The notes below the pieces were generated by a model that was not told where the DNA came from, ran no database searches, and saw nothing but the letters and a program-made list of their open reading frames with translations. Below are positions 1-9,596 of a DNA stretch of 64,000 nucleotides, one piece after another; the first letter of the stretch is position 1, and the number at the start of each line of letters is the position of its first letter. The DNA is from Candidatus Nanoarchaeia archaeon. Its GTDB lineage: Archaea > Nanobdellota > Nanobdellia > SCGC-AAA011-G17 > JACPNG01. Location of the stretch: the NCBI GenBank assembly GCA_028714095.1, contig JAQTMY010000001.1:277804-341803 (forward strand), given 5' to 3'. Position numbers and translations under genes: made by a program.

Positions 1-82
1 TAAGGAATTTTAATTACTTTTTTATAAATCTTTTGATAAAATTGTGACTCATTCACGCAAAGTTGAAAAAAAGAAAAAGGGT

Positions 83-382
83 TTATTTCTTACTCAATGT
101 TATTTCTATGGTTGAAACCCTTACCTGTTTGCCTTCCTTGTTTTCAAACTCTTCAGAATCAATTTTTATGTCTTTGACTGCTACTGTGTTTTCTAAAAAT
201 CTCTTTGCAGATACTTCAGCAATGTCAACCGCTCTTGAGATAAACTTTCCTCTTGCCTTAATTACCACTTCATCTGCACCCTGTGTTGTGAACTGCATTA
301 CAACCCCAGTTACATAATTCATGAAGGGTTTTGGTCCAATGAAAACTGTGTGGTTATCTTCTTTTTGTGATTTCTCTGACAT
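83..382 (-). CDS. albA: DNA/RNA-binding protein Alba
   Basis: 99-aa ORF. FIGPKPFMNYVTGVVMQF..VVIKARGKFISRAVDIAEV matches the Alba/Sac10b signature. GGGAGGT Shine-Dalgarno-like box upstream. Confidence 0.9.
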   Translation of the reverse strand: MSEKSQKEDNHTVFIGPKPFMNYVTGVVMQFTTQGADEVVIKARGKFISRAVDIAEVSAKRFLENTVAVKDIKIDSEEFENKEGKQVRVSTIEITLSKK

Positions 383-396
383 TTTAACCTACCTCC

Positions 397-603
397 CTAG
401 TCTAGGACAATATCTTTTTCTCTTTTTTTAACAGTCTTGACAATGTAACCTGCAATGGTATTTCTTAATTTCTTTGAAGGAATAGAAGCAACCCTATCAA
501 GAACTTTCTTGTTTTTATCAAAATCCTTTGTAAGCATATCTTTATGTATTTTAAGGATCTTTTCTCCAGTTCTTTTGATTAATTTTGTTTTGATTCTTCC
601 CAT
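397..603 (-). CDS. rps17e: 30S ribosomal protein S17e
   Basis: 68-aa basic ORF. N-terminus MGRIKTKLIKRTGEKIL is typical of S17e. Confidence 0.85.
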   Translation of the reverse strand: MGRIKTKLIKRTGEKILKIHKDMLTKDFDKNKKVLDRVASIPSKKLRNTIAGYIVKTVKKREKDIVLD

Positions 604-637
604 AGTTCCAGAATTCGGGATAAAGAATATATAAACC

Positions 638-1414
638 TTATGTTTTTCTTTTCAAGAATGAAAATCCGGTTTTATGGCTTTTTTTGGCTATTTTAGGGGT
701 TTTTATGGGTTTACCCTCAAATACTGCTATAATATCTTCCCTGTCAATGAATTCTTTTCTAAGGCCCCTCCTGTCTAATTCTATACAAACCCTTTCGCAT
801 AATTCAAGGAATTTCCTTGGAATGCCATTTGCCTTGTCTATAAGATAAGTTGCTCCGTCATCTGTGAACAAGGGTTTTCCTTTTGTTCTTGCCTCAAGCA
901 AAGCCTTTGCATTTTTTCTTGTAAGCCCCTTCATTTGTATAACTCTCCCTCCAATCCTCGCCTTCATAGCATTAGAAAAATTATCAAGTCTTGGAATCTG
1001 GGTTATTACAACAGACTTAACATAACCATTCTCCCAATGTATTTTTAATAATCCTTTTAATGTATCTTTAGCTACCTGTGCTTCATCCAGTAAAATAACT
1101 ACATTCTTTGGATATTCCTTAAAGAAACTCCTAAATAAGGTGTTATGCTGTTTTAGATATCTTTCAAAATTAAATTCTTCATCAATACCCTCACAGTCAA
1201 CATAAACCGGGGTGTGATTCTTAACCTTTAATTCAAGCCATTTTAATAGAGAAGTTTTTCCAGTCCCTGATTCACCTGTAACAAAACAGACATTTCCTCC
1301 TACAACATAATCCATAAGTTTTTTTTGTTCTTCTTCTACCCCAATTAGATTAGGATTAAACTTAATGTCGAAAGGATTTTCCTTAAATCCATATCTTTTA
1401 TACCAGGGTTTCAT
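638..1414 (-). CDS. P-loop AAA-type ATPase (ExeA/ORC-like), function unknown
   Basis: Walker A GESGTGKT and Walker B VVILLDEAQ; 258 aa. Confidence 0.6.
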   Translation of the reverse strand: MKPWYKRYGFKENPFDIKFNPNLIGVEEEQKKLMDYVVGGNVCFVTGESGTGKTSLLKWLELKVKNHTPVYVDCEGIDEEFNFERYLKQHNTLFRSFFKEYPKNVVILLDEAQVAKDTLKGLLKIHWENGYVKSVVITQIPRLDNFSNAMKARIGGRVIQMKGLTRKNAKALLEARTKGKPLFTDDGATYLIDKANGIPRKFLELCERVCIELDRRGLRKEFIDREDIIAVFEGKPIKTPKIAKKSHKTGFSFLKRKT

Positions 1415-1446
1415 AGTCCTATTTTTGTTATTGAACTTAAAAAGTA

Positions 1447-2502
1447 TTATGGACTTAAAACATATATTTCTCTATCAATTATATTACCCTTAGACCGATA
1501 TACCAATTTATTCTCTATTTTGATATTAAGTTTGCTTAATATCCCTTCCATGTCAGGTTTGGTTGAACCTTTTCTGAAAGGAAGGACTGGAGAAATAAAA
1601 ACAATCTTTTTCCTTGCGATTTGTTTTAGTTCTTTTAAAGAATCAAAGTATAGTCTTGTTAGCTCATTCTTGATATGATTTGCTTTGTCCTCGTCAGGAA
1701 TTCTTGTTAGAAAAGGCCCTAGATATGGTTCAGTAACAATACAATCCACTTTTTTTATAAATTTGCTTGCTTCTCTTGCATCGCCGTAAAATATATCATA
1801 TTTATTTTTTATTTTGTAGTTCTTCTCAAGCCACTTAAGGTTCTGTTTACATCCTTCATAAGTCTTGAAATCCTTTTCAATTCCATAGGAATTGATTCCC
1901 ATTAAAAGTGCTTCCTGCATAATTGTTCCAGTGCCGCAGAAAGGATCTAATAAATCTTCATTTTCCTTTATGCCTGAAAGGGTTATAAGAATCTTTGTAA
2001 GTCTTATTGAAGTTATTTTCAGTCTGTCAAAGTAGGGTTTTGAATCTCTCTTTATGTATTCTAGGGGATTTGAAACTAAAATTGTCCTAGCTATGTAATT
2101 GTTGTAGATTACAAATTCGATAAAATCTTTTTTGTTTTCAGAAGGGCTGAAAAATTCCCCCTGTTTCGGTTTTTTAATGATAACTTTAATCTTTTGTTCT
2201 TTTAGGTATTTTTTCACTGCTTCCTGTGTTTCTTTCAGGTTTTTATTGCCATAAATACTAAATCCAATCTTTATGCTATCTTGATTATAGTCTAGGTCTT
2301 TAATGTTGAAAACCTCTGCAATTTTTACTGTTCCCCCAAGTTCATTTATTATTTTTTCATTAAGATTATTAATTGAGACCAAGGCTATCTTCTTGTTGTA
2401 TTCCTTAACCCTAAAATCATATTTTCTTGATTGGAGATAGCTTTCTATTTCAGCCAAACTTAATTCCGGGTCCCTCCCAAGTACAAAAAGATAATCTTTC
2501 AT
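1447..2502 (-). CDS. SAM-dependent RNA methyltransferase (Trm11/UPF0020-like, probable tRNA m2G)
   Basis: SAM motif LDPFCGTGTIMQEA and DPPY-like motif IVTEPYLG. The N-terminal LGRDPELSLAEIESYL pattern is seen in archaeal Trm-G10-type enzymes. Confidence 0.6.
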   Translation of the reverse strand: MKDYLFVLGRDPELSLAEIESYLQSRKYDFRVKEYNKKIALVSINNLNEKIINELGGTVKIAEVFNIKDLDYNQDSIKIGFSIYGNKNLKETQEAVKKYLKEQKIKVIIKKPKQGEFFSPSENKKDFIEFVIYNNYIARTILVSNPLEYIKRDSKPYFDRLKITSIRLTKILITLSGIKENEDLLDPFCGTGTIMQEALLMGINSYGIEKDFKTYEGCKQNLKWLEKNYKIKNKYDIFYGDAREASKFIKKVDCIVTEPYLGPFLTRIPDEDKANHIKNELTRLYFDSLKELKQIARKKIVFISPVLPFRKGSTKPDMEGILSKLNIKIENKLVYRSKGNIIDREIYVLSP

Positions 2503-2574
2503 GTTATTTTCCTAATTTATTGTTTTAAATATATTCCTATCACAAATTTTAAATAAATTGAATTAACCTTAATA

Positions 2575-3663
2575 TTGATGAAAAGAGGTCAGATATCACA
2601 GGTCTTTATATACTTATTTGCTCTCCTTATTATTGTTTTTGTATTAATTTTTGGTTTTTCATTATTTTCCAAATCAAAACAATATGGTGAGTCTGTTGAT
2701 ATTCAGAATTTTGTTTCAACCCTGTCTTCCAAGATAGAATCATTAAATCAGCTTGAAGAGGGGTCTGAACAGACATTTTTATATTTATTGCCATCAACCA
2801 TAGATAAAATCTGCTTTGCAGACTCATCTGAATTGGACAAGACAGTTGATTCAGAATTAAATTTAATTTATTCCAAGGAAAAAAATCTTTATCTATTTCC
2901 AGGTCAGGCCTATAAGATAAATAGTTTATATCTTGATAAAAATCCATTGTGCATACAAAAAAATTCATTAAGCCTTAAGCTAACTAAAAATAAGGACGGA
3001 GTTTCTATCTCTTCAGAAGATTCTGTTGAAAAATGCAATACTCTTTTATTTAACAAAGAAGATAATATTGATATTTTATTTATTCCAGAATCTTATACAA
3101 ACATGGAGGCATTTTTGGAAGACTCAAAGGATTACATGGCAGTTTTATTGTCAAAAGAACCGTTAATCTCAAATAAGAAAGTATTTAATTTTTATTCATT
3201 GAATGAAATTCCAGAACTAAGTTGTACAAAAGATTATATTTTATTGTGTGATTTGCAAAAAATCCAAAAAGCAGCAATATCCTGCCCCCATGACATTATT
3301 GTTGTATTGTCAAAAAATGGAAAGTTATCTGGATTAAGATCCACCAGCCAGGGGAATATTATAATAATAAGTACAGGAGATAACAAATTAGTTATCAGCC
3401 ATGAGTTTGGTCATGCCTTTGCTAACCTTGCAGATGAATACCTAATAAAGGAGTTTAAGGGAAATCTCGAGAATGCTCCAAACTGTGATACCTCTCCATG
3501 CAAAAAATGGAATGGTAATGGGTGTTATGGGGGATGTTCCCTTGATAATTATTACAGGCCAAGCGCAGATTCAATCATGAAAAGCTTTGGCTTATTCTCA
3601 GATAATGAATTTAATCAGCCATCAAGAGAGGCATTTATAGAAAAGATGGGAGTTTACCAATGA
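2575..3663 (+). CDS. Pilin-like (class III) signal peptide protein with zincin metalloprotease domain (M64-like)
   Basis: N-terminus MMKRGQISQVFIYLFALLIIVF. Zinc motif HEFGHAFANLADEY at nt 3400-3441. Family assignment comes from motif memory only. Confidence 0.6.
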   Translation: MMKRGQISQVFIYLFALLIIVFVLIFGFSLFSKSKQYGESVDIQNFVSTLSSKIESLNQLEEGSEQTFLYLLPSTIDKICFADSSELDKTVDSELNLIYSKEKNLYLFPGQAYKINSLYLDKNPLCIQKNSLSLKLTKNKDGVSISSEDSVEKCNTLLFNKEDNIDILFIPESYTNMEAFLEDSKDYMAVLLSKEPLISNKKVFNFYSLNEIPELSCTKDYILLCDLQKIQKAAISCPHDIIVVLSKNGKLSGLRSTSQGNIIIISTGDNKLVISHEFGHAFANLADEYLIKEFKGNLENAPNCDTSPCKKWNGNGCYGGCSLDNYYRPSADSIMKSFGLFSDNEFNQPSREAFIEKMGVYQ

Positions 3664-4205
3664 AAAAAATATTTTATTTGTTAATAATAATCCTCTTAGC
3701 AGGTTTTGTCAGTTCATCAAGGGTTTATGTTCTTGACATGGAATATGATAAAGGGGAATTAAAGTTATTAAATCAGTTTTCTTTGTTTGGATTTGCCCCA
3801 GATTATAAGAATTCTGCAGGAGATTATTCCTTAACGTTCTATGATTCAAATGGAAATAAAATCAAGACAATAAGCTTGGATTTGCCTTTGATAAGGTATT
3901 CAGATGTTTCAACAGAAAAAGGAACAGAAGGCGATGTTGAATTCTTGGATAATGCTAAATTTTCTATAATATTGCCCTATCCTGAGAATGCTGCAGAAAT
4001 AAAAATAACTAAAGGCCCTCAGGAGTTGCTTAAAACAAAAGTTTCAGAATCCTCAGATAAAAAATCTCGATTTACCATCTGGATATTGGTTTTAATTATA
4101 ATCTTATTAATATTCCTATTGCTTACATTATTTATAAGAAAAAAGATTAAGTTTATATCTAACCAGCACCAACAATTACAACAATGGAACCAAAAAAGAC
4201 TTTGA
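3660..4205 (+). CDS. Secreted protein with C-terminal membrane anchor, unknown function
   Basis: ATGA overlap with the upstream gene. Sec-type signal MKKIFYLLIIILLAGFVSSS. C-terminal TM helix plus basic tail. Confidence 0.5.
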   Translation: MKKIFYLLIIILLAGFVSSSRVYVLDMEYDKGELKLLNQFSLFGFAPDYKNSAGDYSLTFYDSNGNKIKTISLDLPLIRYSDVSTEKGTEGDVEFLDNAKFSIILPYPENAAEIKITKGPQELLKTKVSESSDKKSRFTIWILVLIIILLIFLLLTLFIRKKIKFISNQHQQLQQWNQKRL

Positions 4206-4384
4206 AGCTTGTATTATTAATACCCTTAATAGCTGCAATAATTTATTTAGTTTATATTTTAATCCCAAAACCAATACCAGGAGGAATCCAGCCTGCCCCA
4301 ATATCAAAAACTTTAATATTTTCCACAGGTTCTTTTATTATTGGTTATGGATTATTTTTAGTTTTTATATATAAGAAAAAATAA
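4184..4384 (+). CDS. Small two-helix membrane protein (hypothetical)
   Basis: 66-aa hydrophobic ORF overlapping the previous gene end. ORF-level evidence only. Confidence 0.3.
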   Translation: MEPKKTLKLVLLIPLIAAIIYLVYILIPKPIPGGIQPAPISKTLIFSTGSFIIGYGLFLVFIYKKK

Positions 4385-4400
4385 AAAATTTAAGTTAGGA

Positions 4401-4757
4401 TTAACAAGCACCGCATTGATTATTGCATTGTCTTGCAGCTGCAGGATCCCCAGAATAACCACAAGAATATGTATAGGGATTAGTGCTTCTATCTATTCTA
4501 CAACAATATTTGCTACTTCCTCCACTACCTGTGTTTCTACTCCATATTCCACCCATAGCGTCACTTTGGGCAGCGAATAACGACCAGCTTTCTAACCAAC
4601 TTTTACTAAAAGCTTGCCCAACAACATTCCCTTCTCCATCAACCGTTCCAATAATCTCAGATTTAGATTGATAGAGCGTAGTAACTATAATTGCAACAAT
4701 AGCAACAACTCCAACAAGGATTAGGTAAGGTATTATCCCTTTTTTTGTTTTGCTCAT
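4401..4757 (-). CDS. Small signal-anchored Cys-rich protein
   Basis: N-terminal TM/signal anchor (IIPYLILVGVVAIVAIIV). Six Cys in the last 35 residues, ending ..QCNNQCGAC. GAGGTGAT SD 5 nt upstream of the ATG. Confidence 0.5.
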   Translation of the reverse strand: MSKTKKGIIPYLILVGVVAIVAIIVTTLYQSKSEIIGTVDGEGNVVGQAFSKSWLESWSLFAAQSDAMGGIWSRNTGSGGSSKYCCRIDRSTNPYTYSCGYSGDPAAARQCNNQCGAC

Positions 4758-4766
4758 ATAATCACC

Positions 4767-5762
4767 TCATGAATTGTATAGATAACTAAATGCATAAATT
4801 TTATTTAAAGCTTCCGAATTCATCAAAACAAAGGTTTCAATCAATGCTCCAATTAAGAATAATACAAATGCAAGAACAAATAACTTGTAAAAATCAATGA
4901 ATAAATTATTTTCCTTAGCTTTTTCAAATAATCTGTTTAATAAGTATACAAGCAAAAGAGTTAATAGAATCGACAATATCCTTAGCAACATGAACTGGTC
5001 AAGATAGTATAAAATCATATAAGCTCCAACAAAAATGAGAATAGATATCCCAAGTATCCCAAAGAAGTCCTTTACTTTCTTTGAACTGGTAATCAATAAA
5101 GATATCTTAGCCCCAGAAACAGCAGCAAGTATATATGCCATTCCTTCAAAGAAGAACTGAGGCAAAATTATTAATAAGATTATTAATAAATACAGCCATG
5201 CACTCTCTCCTGAATAAAATGATGCAGTTAATGCTCTATATCCAAATAAGGTTCCCCATGCTGATGCATTCCATATGATAAAAAAGATCCCGCCTTCAAC
5301 AAAGAATAAACTTAAAATAAAACAGGCCAATAAAACCCAGAAGTTGTTCATAAAAATACTTCCCATTAAACTAAAATCAAATACATTTCCTCTTAATGCA
5401 GGGTCAACAAATAATTGTTCTTTTAATATATTTGAGGTGTCAAATCCTAATTGGGGTAATATGAATGAATAAATTGTAAAAACTAAGAATACTCCAAGAA
5501 ATATTACAAAATAACTCCAGATTATTTTTTTTGTTAGGAAATAAAATCTAAAATAACATTTACTCCTTGCTTTCCCCTCTTTTTCAAATATTTTCTTCAT
5601 GATTGGCAAGAACAACAATGAAGTGAAAACAATAGCCACCAATCCTGAATTTGCCCCGAACAATAATCTAGAAATTGCCAAACCAATAGAGGAATAAGCA
5701 ATTGATATTAAGAATAACCACCTCTTTTTTATATCTCCAGCAAAAAGCCGTTCAAAAACCAT
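4767..5762 (-). CDS. Polytopic membrane protein (possibly SpoIIM/DUF95-like)
   Basis: The ORF runs to 5855, but the ATG at 5762 abuts the stop of the upstream gene (5764). Many hydrophobic helices. Family call is weak. Confidence 0.45.
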   Translation of the reverse strand: MVFERLFAGDIKKRWLFLISIAYSSIGLAISRLLFGANSGLVAIVFTSLLFLPIMKKIFEKEGKARSKCYFRFYFLTKKIIWSYFVIFLGVFLVFTIYSFILPQLGFDTSNILKEQLFVDPALRGNVFDFSLMGSIFMNNFWVLLACFILSLFFVEGGIFFIIWNASAWGTLFGYRALTASFYSGESAWLYLLIILLIILPQFFFEGMAYILAAVSGAKISLLITSSKKVKDFFGILGISILIFVGAYMILYYLDQFMLLRILSILLTLLLVYLLNRLFEKAKENNLFIDFYKLFVLAFVLFLIGALIETFVLMNSEALNKIYAFSYLYNS

Positions 5763-5763
5763 C

Positions 5764-6108
5764 TTATCTCTTTTTATGTTTTCCTCTGGTCTTGGTTTTT
5801 TTCTTAGCCACTCTCTTTGTTGTTTTGTGTTTTCTTGCATGCTCTTCATGCACAAACAAAGCCGCCAATAAATAAGAGACTATCAAAATTGCAGGTGCAG
5901 CTCCTAACACAGCCCCCAATAATCCAAGGAAGTTTGGTGGAGCGCAATTAATTCCAAAGAATCTACAGGCAGTAGAATTTGTTATAAGATCCCATTCACC
6001 GAAGAATACAGCAATAACGCTGAATACTGTAAATATCAAAAATAGTAAAAGTTTCTGGTGATTTGGCCTCAATGTTTCTTTTAAACTCATAAATATATTA
6101 TACTCCAA
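5764..6108 (-). CDS. Small membrane protein with Lys/Arg-rich C-terminal tail
   Basis: 114-aa ORF with two or three hydrophobic segments, then HARKHKTTKRVAKKKTKTRGKHKKR. Confidence 0.4.
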   Translation of the reverse strand: MEYNIFMSLKETLRPNHQKLLLFLIFTVFSVIAVFFGEWDLITNSTACRFFGINCAPPNFLGLLGAVLGAAPAILIVSYLLAALFVHEEHARKHKTTKRVAKKKTKTRGKHKKR

Positions 6109-6168
6109 TATTTATATAAAGGTTTCTATTTCTCAGTTTTCACTCATTATTTTTGTGAAAAAAACAGA

Positions 6169-7122
6169 TTAAATCTGCCTGAATACCAACCCTGGCAGAT
6201 TAGTCTGTAAAAACTTTTCAGCACTTTTGCTTAAATCTCCAGAACTTAAAAATAAAACAGGCAGTTGTTTTTGTGTTGATTCATGATGTGCTAGAGTTAA
6301 ATCTCCCTCATTTATTTTTGTTTTCTTCTTGGCTTTTACATAATATTTTAAATCTCCAAGATTAGATTTGATATTTACAATAAATGAATAATCACTATTT
6401 CTTTTAATCACCTCTTCTTTTAATACCTCAATATTATTCTTAAGAAAGTATTCCAGTAAAATTTCCTTGAAAGTTGAACTTTCATCTTTTCTTTCAATGG
6501 TTTTTTCTTTTTTGATTTCTCTCTTCTTTCTTATTTTTTCTTTGACTGGTTCTTTGACCTTTTCCAGAACTTCTTGAACCTCAGGTTCTATTATATCTTC
6601 CTTAATAATTTCTTTTGGGAGCTCTACCTGATTTTCCAATGTTTCTTTTTCTTTTACTTTTTGCATTAATTCAGTATCAGCTTTTAGGATAGTTTCAATC
6701 AGGGGCTTAGCATCCTCCTCTTTTGTTAGATGCCATTTCCAGAATAATTCAGATTCAGAATTAAGTATTACTTTTAAAGGTATAGCAAAATCTCTTATCT
6801 CTCTTAATGCAACCCTCTGCCATGGCTCGCATTCCTTGTCTCTTAATATTTTTTTCTCTTGTAGGAGATCATAGATCTTTCCAGGCATCTCGCCAAGATA
6901 ATTTCTCAGTCTTGCAAGTTTATGTTCCTGCCCTCTTGTATAGTATAATGGACTGCCTCCAATCTTTGCTTTTGTGATAAGTACATCCTGTTTCTCAACT
7001 AATTCAGCAAGTATTGCAGAAGAAAATAAAATATTTGTTCCAAGACTTTTATTTATCTCTACAGGCAAAACCGGGCCATGTGCCTTGACAAAAGTCAAAG
7101 CTTTTTCTCTTAGTTCTATCAT
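6169..7122 (-). CDS. Hypothetical protein with N-terminal winged-helix-like repeats and a charged linker
   Basis: 317-aa ORF. No family recognised. Has its own TATA box (7147-7154). Confidence 0.4.
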   Translation of the reverse strand: MIELREKALTFVKAHGPVLPVEINKSLGTNILFSSAILAELVEKQDVLITKAKIGGSPLYYTRGQEHKLARLRNYLGEMPGKIYDLLQEKKILRDKECEPWQRVALREIRDFAIPLKVILNSESELFWKWHLTKEEDAKPLIETILKADTELMQKVKEKETLENQVELPKEIIKEDIIEPEVQEVLEKVKEPVKEKIRKKREIKKEKTIERKDESSTFKEILLEYFLKNNIEVLKEEVIKRNSDYSFIVNIKSNLGDLKYYVKAKKKTKINEGDLTLAHHESTQKQLPVLFLSSGDLSKSAEKFLQTNLPGLVFRQI

Positions 7123-7146
7123 ATTTTAATAATCAAAATAAACTCA

Positions 7147-7154
7147 TTTATAAA
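7147..7154 (-). promoter_or_regulatory. TATA box TTTATAAA
   Basis: Lies 25-32 nt upstream of the ATG at 7122, consistent with a leaderless transcript. Confidence 0.45.
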
Positions 7155-7178
7155 AAACTTGCTATTGGAGAATCTATA

Positions 7179-7697
7179 TTATGGTCTTACCCAGTTGATC
7201 TCATAATAGGTGACACAGTCCTCTTCATCCACAATACCAATCAATAAGTTTTTCTTGGTGGAATGAGCTACTCTGTTTTTTGCTGAGAATTCATACCAGG
7301 TTAATACATCTGCTTCAGCAACAGGATAAACAATCCATTTGGCATGATCCTCTCCAGGTCTTATCCCTTTGTCATAAACTCTGAAATCAGCCCCAAACTT
7401 TAAAGCGGTCTTAACAATATATCCCCTTTCTCTTAAATCCTTGAATACATTGTATCTTATCCAGAAATTTGGTTCAATTTTTTGGGATTTTTTTATAAAA
7501 TCCTTCTCGCTTATCTGTTTATCTTTATCATCTTTTACTATCATTTTTTCTTTCTGCATTAAGAATAAAGCTTCAGAAAGAGTATAATTTATGGAATTTC
7601 CCTTGATTTCTCCGAATTTTGATTTATCATAAAGTTGCAGTCCTAACTCATCCTTCTCAGCTATTACCCTTTCCCTTGAAAAAATACCCTTTATCAT
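7179..7697 (-). CDS. endA: tRNA-splicing endonuclease
   Basis: Catalytic-domain pattern GYIVKTALKFGADFRVYDKG..HAKWIVYPV. The ORF extends to 7805, but that part overlaps rnz on the other strand. ATG at 7697 (MIKGIF) is preferred, giving 172 aa. Confidence 0.8.
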   Translation of the reverse strand: MIKGIFSRERVIAEKDELGLQLYDKSKFGEIKGNSINYTLSEALFLMQKEKMIVKDDKDKQISEKDFIKKSQKIEPNFWIRYNVFKDLRERGYIVKTALKFGADFRVYDKGIRPGEDHAKWIVYPVAEADVLTWYEFSAKNRVAHSTKKNLLIGIVDEEDCVTYYEINWVRP

Positions 7698-7748
7698 AAA
7701 TCCACTAAAAGAAAAACTATTTAAAAACCTTTCCTGTATCCTATATTT

Positions 7749-8645
7749 ATGAAAATAACTTTTTTGGGCACTGGCTCTATGGTACCAACAATAGAAAGGA
7801 ATCATTCCTCTATTTTGTTTAACTATAACTCTGAGAATATTTTAGTTGATTGCGGAGAAGGAACACAAAAGCAATTAAGGAAAGCAAAAATTTCTCCGGC
7901 AAAGATAACAAGGATTTTAATTACCCACTGGCACGGAGACCATGTTTTAGGAATTCCAGGATTACTAAGCACATTAAGATGGAGTAACTATACTAAAACA
8001 TTGGAAATTTATGGACCAAAAGGAACAAAGAAGTATTTCTCAAATATGATGAATGGTTTTGATAGCCATATTCTCCCAACCCTTAAGGTTAAGCTAATTG
8101 AAATAAATAAAAAATTGGTTTTTGAAAATAAGGATTTTTATGTCGAAACACTTCCAGTAGTTCATACTAAAAATTGCCTGGCATATAATTTTATTGAAAA
8201 AGATAAAAGAAGAATAAATTTAAGTTATTTAAAGAAATTTGGTCTAAAAAATAATCCAATCCTAAAGAGCTTGTCTCAGGGAAAAGACATAGTTTATAAT
8301 GGAAAAAAGATTAGTGCAAAAAAAGCAACAATATTAAACAAAGGAAGAAAACTATCGATAGTTCTGGATACTATATTTTTCCCAGGATTATATAAGATTG
8401 CAAAAAATTCAGATTTATTTGTATGTGAATCGACTCATCTATCAAGAGAACAGAAAGAATCAAATGATTATGAACATTTAACTTCTGAACAGGCAGCTAT
8501 AACAGCTAAAAAAGCCAAGGTTAAAAAATTAATTCTAACTCACTTTAGCCAGAGATACAAAGATGTAATGCCATTGGAAAAAGAAGCTAAAAAAATATTT
8601 AAGAATACAATAACTGCAAAAGATTTAATGACAATTAATGTCTAA
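7749..8645 (+). CDS. rnz: Ribonuclease Z (tRNA 3' endonuclease)
   Basis: MKITFLGTGS start. Metallo-beta-lactamase motif ITHWHGDH. 298 aa. Confidence 0.9.
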   Translation: MKITFLGTGSMVPTIERNHSSILFNYNSENILVDCGEGTQKQLRKAKISPAKITRILITHWHGDHVLGIPGLLSTLRWSNYTKTLEIYGPKGTKKYFSNMMNGFDSHILPTLKVKLIEINKKLVFENKDFYVETLPVVHTKNCLAYNFIEKDKRRINLSYLKKFGLKNNPILKSLSQGKDIVYNGKKISAKKATILNKGRKLSIVLDTIFFPGLYKIAKNSDLFVCESTHLSREQKESNDYEHLTSEQAAITAKKAKVKKLILTHFSQRYKDVMPLEKEAKKIFKNTITAKDLMTINV

Positions 8646-9471
8646 ATTTATGATTATAAATATTAAACAAGAATAGGTCTGTCCATACTAATTTTAGGAT
8701 TCTGAAGAATGCATAAGACAATAATCCCAATACCATAAAGATTGCTCCAATTAACCCCTCGCTTCCTACAAATCCTATTCCATAGTTGATTCCAACCATA
8801 AATAAAATTAAGACTGTTTGGGTAATAAGTATCAAGATTAGGACAGCAAGAAGATATCCTGGTTTCTTAAAGAATGCCCTAGATGAGGTTATTAATGATT
8901 TTAATGTATTTTTCTTGTCCAGAAACAGGCAGGCGTATCTTAATAATAACATTAATTTAAGTAACAAAACAGCAACTATAATCAAGATCCCCATAATAAC
9001 TAGTGCAACGCCTTTTGGAATAGTATTAATCAATAGATATCCAATAAGCCAGGCTATAATCAAGAGTATCAACCCAATTAGGTAAACAAATATTCTTAGT
9101 AAAACAACTCTCCAGAATGCTTTCTCGTCTTCCTTGATTATTCTGAAAAGGTTTATTTTCCTTTTTTCAATAATGTTTCTTAGCATCTTAAATTTCAGAG
9201 CCATTAAGCCAGAGCCTATAAAAAAATTAACCAAGACAAACAAGATTAAATATGAAATTATCCTTAGCAAATTTTCCTGCAGGAATGAAAGCCCCCCCGC
9301 TTCAAAAAATGACTGGGCATCAAAGCTTGCTAATGATCCAAACTGGGAAAATCCACTTATTATCATAAAAAACAAGAATAATCCATAGGTAATTATTATG
9401 CTTATTAGATCAGGAATAAACAAAACTGGTTTAATTTGTTTCCAGGATTTAAAATACACCTCCTTAAACAT
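8635..9471 (-). CDS. Polytopic membrane protein, unknown function
   Basis: 278-aa hydrophobic ORF. TTTATAAA box at 9495-9502, 24-31 nt upstream. Confidence 0.45.
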   Translation of the reverse strand: MFKEVYFKSWKQIKPVLFIPDLISIIITYGLFLFFMIISGFSQFGSLASFDAQSFFEAGGLSFLQENLLRIISYLILFVLVNFFIGSGLMALKFKMLRNIIEKRKINLFRIIKEDEKAFWRVVLLRIFVYLIGLILLIIAWLIGYLLINTIPKGVALVIMGILIIVAVLLLKLMLLLRYACLFLDKKNTLKSLITSSRAFFKKPGYLLAVLILILITQTVLILFMVGINYGIGFVGSEGLIGAIFMVLGLLSYAFFRILKLVWTDLFLFNIYNHKFRH

Positions 9472-9596
9472 AAAGAATACAAAAGCTAAGGGATTTATAA
9501 AATTAGTGGAAAGAAATGTGCCTTATTTTACTGGAGAATCTGAATAGTAAAAAGAAAGGTTTTTATGTTCTAAACTTAATAATTTATTAAATCAAA

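Noticed and set aside
63-317. 84-aa plus-strand ORF
   Set aside because: It lies entirely antisense to the well-supported Alba gene, starts with TTG, and has low-complexity hydrophobic content. Judged spurious.
7698-7805. 36-aa N-terminal extension of endA
   Set aside because: It overlaps the rnz start on the opposite strand, has no similarity to EndA N-termini, and the internal ATG gives a normal-size enzyme.
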